A stretch of DNA of 60,027 nt, filler included, from Hausera hauseri (taxonomy: Eukaryota), in the NCBI GenBank assembly GCA_046269625.1. It is 11 parts of 11 records of this genome, joined end to end, with 100 filler letters (N's around TTAATTAATTAA, not from the genome) between each part and the next. Parts side by side here need not be neighbours in the genome. Positions count along the whole stretch, not along the records: positions 45,712 to 51,211 come from JBJURY010241183.1; positions 51,312 to 55,292 come from JBJURY010842080.1; positions 55,393 to 60,027 come from JBJURY010495352.1; 8 more parts are not named here. The stretch is one strand, 5' to 3'. Positions 51,052 to 60,027 of this stretch are shown piece after piece. A program made the translations under genes and the position numbers. Within the stretch, counting starts at the first letter, position 1, and the number at the start of each line of letters is the position of its first letter. A model generated the notes under the pieces. That model saw only the letters and a list, made by a program, of their open reading frames with translations. It was not told the origin of the DNA and searched no databases.

Positions 51052-52654
51052 TTCCGCCTATACAGGTGGTGGAAAACCAGGTATTGCGCAATACTGGTCA
51101 CGTGTGTGGGAACTATGTATACGCTCAATAGTCTTGTCCTGCTCCAAATTTTTCAAAATTCAAGGTTCTTTATTTGTCATTCCGTCACGTGGTACATGTG
51201 ATGGAACAAAANNNNNNNNNNNNNNNNNNNNNNNNNNNNNNNNNNNNNNNNNNNNTTAATTAATTAANNNNNNNNNNNNNNNNNNNNNNNNNNNNNNNNN
51301 NNNNNNNNNNNGTCGAAAAAATCCTAAATTAATGCATCACATAAAGTAATTTTCTTGGATTTATCTACCAACGCTTTGCGATGTTCAGCCTTCTCTTAGA
51401 CTATGCTTGGAAGATATGTATTTTTTGTATCCATTCCAAAATCTAAAACGTTTTTAAGAATCTCCTTTTGCGTAAATAAGTCATTTGTATCTTCTACTTT
51501 TATGCTGTTGAGCATGAAAATTAGGTCTTTGAACAATGAATACAGTACAAAATCGCATAAGGTAATATTGTATGTTGCCGTTAAATTTTTACCTTATGAA
51601 CCAACAACTTTGAGTGTATAATTAAGACGTTTCATTCAAATCAATTTAATCATTGTCAGATCCGATGATGATTACTTTCATACCCGGAAATTGTGTCTTT
51701 TGGATAAATTGTATCAGATTTAGCCGATTCAACAATTACTTGAAATGCAGCCCGATCAGAAATGGAACTTTCACTTTTTCCAGCATACATCATCATCCTT
51801 TATCAAATATTGTTTTCATGCTTTTGTTCATAGTAGTGTTGGTATTATTATGACGCTTTTGCTTTCTCATACTGCCACCTTGCTGGTTAATCGTTTGTCG
51901 AAGTGCATTTGACGCATGCTCTCGGATTTCAGGCAAAGCATCCAAAGCACAATCTTTAATGGCATTGCGAAATGTCTTTTTTCCCGAAATAAAATGTGAA
52001 CCGGCTATTGGTATTCCTAACTTTCTTAGAATGAGTAATACAAAGCGTCCAATTGTTTTCAACCAATTTTTACCATATCGATTTCCAGAAATGTATGGTA
52101 AATCACCACCTTGCTGTGGTGAGTTGTAGAGTCTTATTACATCACTGTCAATATTCTTTTTTTCTTTTAATTTTCAGTTTAGTTTGTTTGTATGTTTTCG
52201 AAAATGTAGTATGCAAATTCAATAAAACGACCTACATCGTCATGAATATTAACTTCAACCCTGTTTATTGATGATAACACAGACGAGTACATAATATAAT
52301 GAAATCCTGTGTAAACTACATCACTGTACTTGTATTTCTTTTCCAACCACATATTTCTTAGGAGTGGAGCATGTATCTCACTAACTAGTATTGGTTCCGT
52401 TGCGATAAATAAATACTTCATTAATACCGTTATGTATAGGTGTTCTGTATATTCTTTTGATAGTGTGAGAACATGCTTTAAATTCAAATTAAATTCAAAC
52501 TTTAAAGTCTTCTCCATTTGAGTCTTTTATTTGGTACATGACAGTCATTTGTTTTGAGTCAATTTCGTAAATTAAAAATATTTCATCACTCCAGTTAGTG
52601 TTAGTTTTTAATAAACGATGATGTACTAATTTGCGATATTCGAACGAAATCTCC

Positions 52655-53924
52655 TATGAATATCTCTCATTTTGTTTTCTTGATGAGTGATGAAATAATC
52701 AGAATTAAGAAGGTTCAAGAATTTTCAAAATGCAAAATCATGTAATGAATATTAAAACATAAAAAATGTTCATATACAAATCACCGATTGGGTAAATGTT
52801 GGCACCACATTATCCCCCCCCGTAGCAAGGTTGGTATTACCAGGAGGGACGCACCGAAGGTCTTCTGGTAACCAGATTTCTGACACCTGATGATTGATCA
52901 TATTTCCGTTATACACCAATTTGTTCTGTTGCAACTGAAACCAAGATGTGAATTACAAATGGACAAACTCGGGTTTTTTTAATCGTTATAATTTTTTTCG
53001 CATTACTCGGTATTCGACAATCAATATATAAAACATTGGTCGAATTCAGATTCCGTTTAACAAACGAGGCAGATAAGCAGGAATTGTTACTGGTAGGATT
53101 TTTTACCTCAATGAATTGTATTTTTGCGTCCAAATTAGACTGAACTGCTCTGGCAGACGGAATGTTACTCAGCTGTTCACGAGATATCTTAATGTTATTA
53201 TAATAATTCAACGTATTGTTTGGATCCAGCGAACATTTCGAATTGGTTTTATGGTCATAATTTGATGAAAAGCATACATTAGATTTAGGATTTATAGATC
53301 CATCACCATTTGTTGTCTTGAGCAAAAGTGCTGAGAAGTTGTTCGAACAATCGTCAATTTTTGTCATTTTAATCTGTTGTCGATCGAACGACGAATTGCT
53401 GTCATCACAATCTGATTCCCGATAACGCTTGTATGATTTGCGATAATGCAAATAGTTTGAGTTGCTTGTTTTTTTCTGAGTCATGTGATGATTTAGATTT
53501 TTCGGTATTGGTCAAATGGACAGAAGTAGCATTAAGCATGTCCGATGCATCGTCGATGGAAAAATAAAGCAATTTCTAAACTTCCCTGAAATGTAGAAAT
53601 GGCATGTAAAATTTTGTTTCATGTTTCTCGACTATTAGTGAATTGGTCTTGCCTGATTCTACCGGCTGATGCAACACGATTGATTCTTATTGTCCGTGAC
53701 CATTAAAAAATGTTGGACTTCTGTCCGTTGTACAGCGACTGTGTACAGATATGGGCTTCTGACACCAGTATGAATATCTGCCATTTTGTTTTCTTGATGA
53801 ATGATGAAATAATCGGAATTAAGAAGGTTCAATAATTTTCAACATGCAAAATCATGTATTGAATATTAAAACAAGAAAAATGTTTTATATACAAATCACC
53901 GAGTGGGTGAATGTAGGAACCACA
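52655..53924 (-). mobile_element. Short non-autonomous LTR retroelement (TRIM-like, 1270 bp)
   Basis: LTRs 53769-53924 and 52655-52809 (~90% identical by eye), TSD TCTCC (52650-52654, 53925-53929), PBS TGGTGTCAGAAG (53767-53756), G-rich PPT 52813-52821. Confidence 0.9.
52909..53484 (-). CDS. Unknown N/S-rich ORF inside the short LTR element
   Basis: 191-codon open frame in element sense; no motif recognised. Confidence 0.35.
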   Translation of the reverse strand: MTQKKTSNSNYLHYRKSYKRYRESDCDDSNSSFDRQQIKMTKIDDCSNNFSALLLKTTNGDGSINPKSNVCFSSNYDHKTNSKCSLDPNNTLNYYNNIKISREQLSNIPSARAVQSNLDAKIQFIEVKNPTSNNSCLSASFVKRNLNSTNVLYIDCRIPSNAKKIITIKKTRVCPFVIHILVSVATEQIGV

Positions 53925-55392
53925 TCTCCAACACAATATTTGGCTGTTTGTTTGTGAAATGCATTCTGCTACATCGCAGTATCATGTATTATTCCAACTG
54001 GGCGAAAACCACTAATATCACGAAGCCCACAGTGGTTGTAGACATCTATAATTTTTGGTTAAACAGTAACCAGTTTTTAGCACCATGTCTGATAAAATAT
54101 TTTGCAGGCCAATTTCGTAATGTCCGATTAAGGAGTTCAACAAATAAGGCTTTTCACTGTAAGTCAAGCGAATAATGATTAATACCAAGTTTAGTGAACA
54201 AAGATGTCACGTTAATACTGTAAAATGCTTTACAAATGTCAATTTGAACATTCCTTGGTTGTTCAATTTTTAGACACTTTCCTATGGCTGCAGCCACATC
54301 TTTAGCGCATATATTTTTAACGGAAACAGCACGTGGAAATATGATAAATGCATCAACACATGTCAAAATATATCTGTATACATTATTAATGTGTGAATAT
54401 GGAATCACATCCATGAGATCCATCTGCCAAAGACTGTTAATGCCCCTACTCTGTATCTACGTGTTGGGAACTTCTCCAGCATCGGCTTGTTCAGATTGTA
54501 TGCCATTTGATTGCTCAACCATTCAGCTGCTTGTTGTTTCGTTATCTTTGCAGCTTTTGCTAATCTTCCTACACCACAGTAACCGGCCGAATCGTTTGGA
54601 TTGTACCATATCTTTTCCATCAACTTTGTCTACGTCACCATTATTTCAACATTTGAATTTGAAATTTAGTGTTAAATATGGCAAAGAAGTGATGTACCCA
54701 TACATACATGCGTCAATCCCACTAGTTGTTTATAATCGTTTTGTCACATTGTGCAACATCAATCATCTTTATGGTTGCATAACCGACTGTTGCTCCAACA
54801 GCTGCTGCTACAGCTTTTCCCAGCTATACTAGAAGAGGAAGTAGAGCTACCCATACAAACCCATTCCCATTTTGTCGGACTTCAACCTTTCCATAAAAAT
54901 TATTTAATTCGTTGGGTCTGATTGACAATCTAGATGTTCCCTTATTCCTTGTTGTTTCTTTTACATCATTAGGCTTTATAGGAAATCTAGACAACGAAAG
55001 ACGTTTCTTTGCAGCAAGCGACTGTGTTTTGACTAAATCCACCAAAACCTTAAGATATTTTAACAATCGCTTGGAGTACTTCCCGACATTAACATGTCTA
55101 TGAGCAATATTTTGTAATATTTCAATAAAATCCTAATATACAAAAGCCGGAAATGCTTGCAACACTTCCCATCGCAAATGTGACGATGTACCAATCAATA
55201 TCTGAAAGTATGGTAGGCTTCTTCCTAATTTCATCCTAATTATTTCATTCTCTCTAATTTGCATGTTTGTACTTGAACCCAGTTTTTTGGTANNNNNNNN
55301 NNNNNNNNNNNNNNNNNNNNNNNNNNNNNNNNNNNNTTAATTAATTAANNNNNNNNNNNNNNNNNNNNNNNNNNNNNNNNNNNNNNNNNNNN

Positions 55393-56780
55393 ACACCATA
55401 GCTGACGTTTTCATTCGTACATGGATTAGCAGGTTTGGATCACCTCGCTTCATCATCACGGACCAGGGTCCACAGTTTGAATCCAACATGTTCAAATCCC
55501 TTGTTAACTGATTGGGGATCCACCACATTCATACTACGCCTTATCACTCCCAATCGAATGGCCTTCTATAACGATTTCACCGAACATTGAAAACGCCACT
55601 ACAAATCTTTGCAGAGTCCAACAGTAGTTGAACGAATCTTCTTCCTTTCGTTCTGCTCGGCTGCCGGAACACTCCATCCACTTCTACAGGATGCGCACCT
55701 ACTGAAGCTTTATTCGGATCTCCTGTCCGATCATTATTCAAATTAACCGCCCTAAACGACACTCCCACGGATGACACGATACGGGCGGCGCAAAATCACT
55801 TTGTCGAGGTCAGCAAAGATTCGTTCTGCAGGATACTTCACAAAGACAAAAACATACTCACCCGAAGATTTGTACATGGCTAAATTCGTATGGCTGAAGA
55901 ATCAAGCTCCTTGCGGTTTCCAAAAACGGTATCTGGGGCTCTATAAACTTATACAGCTACACTCGCATAACGCCATTATCTCGAAAGACGGTAAAGATTT
56001 CACAGTACAAATTACCAATCTAAAGACCGCTTTCATTGTCGACAACACCTTACCATCCGACACAAAAACTTCTTTTCTTACCCCTCCACTCCCTGCTATC
56101 ACTACATCTATTGCTACACCATTTCTAACTTCCTCTTTTGCGCCTAGTCTTGCTCCATCATTTTCTACACTTTCTACTTCTATCCCTACCACTCTTCCTA
56201 TCTCTTCCACTACCCCTGTATCATCTTCTTCTTACACTCTTTCACTCAACACAATTCCAATCTCTACTCCAACCTTTTCCTCTCTTTCTTTATCCACCAC
56301 TATGCCTATCATCACTCCTTCGTCTTCTAACACTCTTTCCAACGCCTTTAACAATCCGTCTTTAACAATCCCTCTTCCTCCTTTGTCTTATTCTTCTATT
56401 TATTCCGACTCATCTTCACACGACACAACAGCTACACCAAAATCTAACAATTTTTTCCCCAACCTCAATCTCTGCAAACAGACACATCGCATAAACACAC
56501 AACACACAGAGTCACATTCAGCCAGTATAGTAGGGAAAAATCAGTCGAAGGCATTCAACGTCTTATTCACACTAAGCTCAGCTAACACACTTTTCATTTG
56601 GCGGTTTTTCTCCCTATCCTTTATTCTTTATAATTTCAACTTTCCTACGGGGTGGAGTTGATGTGGTGCCCGCGTGGATCGTCGCCCTCCGGCTCATTCG
56701 GTTGGGCACGGCCGGGTTTCCGCTGCCAGCATGTCGTGTACATAGGCAGGCCCCGATCTCCCGCCAAGATTGTGTGGAAG
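55393..56780 (+). mobile_element. 3' part of the contig-1 gypsy element: integrase, S/T/P-rich extension, PPT, start of putative 3' LTR at 56662
   Basis: First 77 nt identical to 5197-5273; WISRFGSP, TDQGPQFES, TTPYHSQSNG; GGGGTGGAG then TGTGGTGCC. Confidence 0.85.
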
Positions 56781-57207
56781 AAACAAAAAAATACATTGCA
56801 CATATCAAGAAAAGTGGTATTAAACAAGTTATCAATCTCTATAACAAAGTGAAAGATCGCAAAACGACCAATAATTCTGGGAGATGAAATTGAATATACG
56901 TTGATAAAATACAATAATGACGAAGAAACAGCGTTTGTTTTATTGATAAAAGATATAAATAAATCATTACACGGAGTTTAAAAACTTTCAGACATCTTTA
57001 ATTTGGAATTTTCTTGATATTTATTACTGCTGACTGTGGCGTGTTCAAAATTGGAAATTTCTCTATGTTACGGATTATTTTCAAATTTACCGTTTGGGAT
57101 TAATGTTACAGATACATTCGAGCTTTCATCGGTCCGATAAATAACAAAATGGTGTCAGAATTTGTTGCATTTTTTCCACGGAAATATTCTACGAAAATTA
57201 CATTAGT

Positions 57208-58770
57208 ATGGATGAAGATGAGATAACTCCAGAGTTTTGGCAAGGATCGGCTTGGACTCTGATCAGCAGTTTTTTTGAAGAAAAAGGACTTATTCGTCAG
57301 CAATTAGATTCTTTTGACGAATTTTTGATGACTTCAATACAACGGATTGTCGAAGAACAGCCAAAGTTAGTTGTTGAAGGAGAAACCCAATACGGTTCAG
57401 GTTATTATGCTCGAAATAAATGCGAATTTACTTTTAGACAAATTTACCTCAGTAAACCCACTCATTACAAGAATGATGGGTTTGGTAATCCAATGATGCC
57501 AAATGATGCACGGAAAAGAAATTTTACTTACAGTGCACCTCTTTTTCTTGATTTAACTCTAAAGAATTATGGAACAGATGGTCAGCTCGTTGAGACAAGT
57601 GATCGAGTTAACATAGGTAAGATTTCAATTATGCTTCGTTCAACATATTATTTGTTATCGGAAATGTCTGATGTTGATTTGGCTCAATTAAATGATTGTC
57701 CGTTGAATCATGGTGGGTATTTTATTATAAACGGATCCGAGACAGTTATTATTGCTCAAGAAAGAATGGCCAATAATACGGTTTTTGTTTTTGTTGATAA
57801 AGATAAATATTCTTATAAATGTGGCATAAAGTCGATGGTTGAGTACAGTTTTAGACCTGCAAGTAATTTGCAAGTAAATTTATTGGCAAAAAGTGGGGCT
57901 GGAAAACGAGTAATTGGTCCAAAAATTAAAGTAACCCTTCCACTGTTAAAAAAAGAAATACCAGTCATTATTTTATTTCGTGCAATGGGGTTTGTTTCTG
58001 ATAGGGATATTATAGGACATACGACTTACGATCCAGATCATGCTGTTATGCATGAAATGCTGAAACCATCCATTGGTAAGACATTCGTAATTCAAGATGA
58101 GCATCATGCACTTAATTTTATCGGAAACCTGGTATTCCTCTTACCCAACGTATTGAATTTGCGACGGAAGTGATTCAAAAGGAAACTTCCCCACATATCG
58201 GCACAACAGAATATAGATCAACTAGAAAAGCTTATTTTCTTGGATATATGGTTCACAGACTGTTATTTACAGCTTCAAAACGAAGGAATCCAGATGACAT
58301 AGATCATATAAGCAATAAGCGTTTGGATCTTGCCGGTCCTTTACTGGCAACATTATTTAAAGGATTTTTCCGAAATATGGCAAAAGAATCAAAACGCGAA
58401 TGTCTTAAGTATATAGACAGGACACCGCAGATCTTCATAAAATACATTGTGAAGAAATCTCTAATTGCAGACGGTCTAAAATACAGTTTAGCTACAGGCA
58501 ATTGGGGTGATCAGAAAAAAACGAGTGAAACGAGAAAAGGTGTTTCACAAGTACTTAATCGGTTCACATGCATCAACACTCACATTTACGTAGACTCAAT
58601 TCACCAAGCGGACGAGATGGGAAAATCCCAAAACCACGACAACTGCATAATACACAATGGGATATAGTTTGTCCTGCTGAAACTCCAGAAGGTCATGCTG
58701 TTGGTCTGGTAAAAAATTTGGCTTTGATGGCTTATATATCTGTTGGAAGTAAGAGTGATCCAATTCAGAC
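57208..58770 (+). pseudogene. RPB2: RNA polymerase II second-largest subunit, intronless, frameshifted, 3'-truncated copy
   Basis: [63 protein letters not shown]; frameshifts ~58125 and ~58570; similarity ends after YISVGS. Confidence 0.9.
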
Positions 58771-58959
58771 TAGTATACTGAATGCTAATAGCTCGTTAGC
58801 AACAGCTAGAGTACCAATTACAAACTGTCATCATGTTATCCCAGTACTGAACCGCTTCTTTCTCATGAGAATGAACTGATTTTTAAACCATTCAGTTCGA
58901 ACGCGAATCTAACAAAATCATGGAGTAATTTTCAAAATATTGCTGTAAAAAATGCCGAA

Positions 58960-60027
58960 ATGACAAACAATTCGGATTTGCAACCATTGACTTGGCTGCA
59001 ACGGCACAGTATTATCGATGTAGATCCTCTTGATGTTGAGGATGAGGTGAAGGAACACAGTTGCAGTTCTGCTCCGATCGGTCATGACGATCTCGTTGAC
59101 ACGCAGCTCTCGTGTCAGAAAGTTGAAGTGGAATCACAAGAGAATTCACACGTGCACGATTTTGTCCGATATCAGGCGATGCGCAACAGTATGGGCAATA
59201 GTGGTAGTCGGACGGCACTGCGCAGTAGTAATTCGTATGTGGACCACTGTAGCGGTCAGTTGTATCAGCACAGCGTTAATGGTTTTGTGAAACCCAACCT
59301 CAGTTATACCCAGTTGATATTCATGGCAATCGAAACATGTCGCGACAGGGCCATGACAGTCAATGATATTTACCAATGGTGTGAAGCAAATTATCCATAT
59401 TATAAACGCATTGCTCCGTCGTGGAAGAATTCTTTGCAGCATAATTTATCCATCAACAACTCTTTTCGGAGGATGCCACGTGATGGTCAGCAAGGCCGGC
59501 CTGGCAAAGGTGCCTATTGGATAGTCGATGAAAAGGAGAGAGAAAATCTAGTTGAATCTATATATCAAGCTCAGCAAACAATGTCATCGGGTTATCGTAA
59601 CGGGCAGAGGTTCGATCAGCCACATTCATTATTTCTGAACCCACCAAAATATGGATCAATGCTTGGCATTGACGGAAAATTCAGACGCATCTACACACTT
59701 GCAGAGTCGACGTAACAACGATGAAAACGCTGGAGATAGCAAAGTATTTCATCTGGTTCAACCTTCTTGCTACAGCATGGTACAGAACCAATCTGGTACT
59801 GAAAATTTAGATGGAGACTATTCGTCGATGATGCGTGGTCTCACGTCAACGAGTAGTCCAGAGGCAGAGGACCGGTCTATAAAATTGTGGAATAGCAGTA
59901 AGAGTAATACATCTCGGCCAGAAGATTGTGACACAGAACCATTCCAACCTGTTGTTAAAAATCATCGGAAAGCGAAACACGACAAGGTGAGATGCTACAA
60001 CGAACTTGAATTACTGAGAGAACAATA
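58960..60027 (+). CDS. Forkhead-box transcription factor (FoxN/J/M-like, subclass unresolved), probably frameshifted ~59640-59712
   Basis: KPNLSYTQLIFMAI...IYQW..YPYY...WKNSLQHNLSIN..F...PGKGAYW; a +1 frame stays open from 59639 to the window end. Confidence 0.8.

Larger units (their letters stand above)
45799..51118 (+). mobile_element. ISL2EU-type (PIF/Harbinger-related) DNA transposon, full length
   Basis: 12-bp TIRs ACATAGTTCCCA / TGGGAACTATGT with AT on each side; two convergent genes (THAP-HTH-DDE and SWIM-YqaJ). Confidence 0.88.
52540..54640 (-). pseudogene. Maverick retroviral-like integrase interrupted by an LTR insertion
   Basis: MDLMD..YILTCVDAF core; removing 52655-53924 plus one TSD restores KYCVGDFVRIS. 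Confidence 0.85.
51312..55292 (-). mobile_element. Polinton/Maverick remnant: small core protein, integrase, minor capsid fragment, small amphipathic protein, major capsid N-terminus
   Basis: 54824-55240 ends GNGFVWVALLPLL; integrase IWYNP..AGYCGV..L..AA...WL; mCP-like APLLRN...INRVEVNIHDDVG; QQGGDLPY..WLKTIGRF; MCP-like KSE..IYP..IDLNET..YSLFKD. Confidence 0.82.

Noticed and set aside
45799-51118. Transposase plus phage-like exonuclease as a new system
   Set aside because: THAP-DDE with a YqaJ second gene and AT target duplication is the described ISL2EU architecture.
13836-55292. Assembling the pPolB pieces and capsid/integrase module into one Polinton
   Set aside because: They sit on separate contigs and the pPolBs differ; linkage cannot be shown.

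Overview
Eukaryotic (animal) draft-assembly sequence: 11 AT-rich contigs joined by artificial 100-nt N/TTAATTAATTAA linkers, so adjacency across linkers is not biological. Host genes are few: an intact NOP58 with 41-46-nt introns, a ROCO-like gene with a degenerate GTPase domain, an EFHC2-like exon, a frameshifted and truncated RPB2 copy, and a forkhead gene. The rest is mobile DNA: a decayed Ty3/gypsy element split over the first and last contigs, Polinton/Maverick remnants (three pPolB pieces, an integrase/capsid module, a stand-alone TRAF domain), a near-intact ISL2EU-type transposon in fish-like flanks, a full-length mariner, a short non-autonomous LTR element nested in a Maverick integrase, and satellites. 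The most unusual system is a Ty3/gypsy LTR element (18340-28056). A ~1100-codon unknown helical region and a chuvirus-G/gB-like glycoprotein sit BETWEEN gag and protease (gag-X-env-PR-RT-RH-IN-LTR) with no visible intergenic spacers. A diverged second family member (41292-45611, minus) conserves gag-X. All family assignments are by motif recognition; no searches were run.
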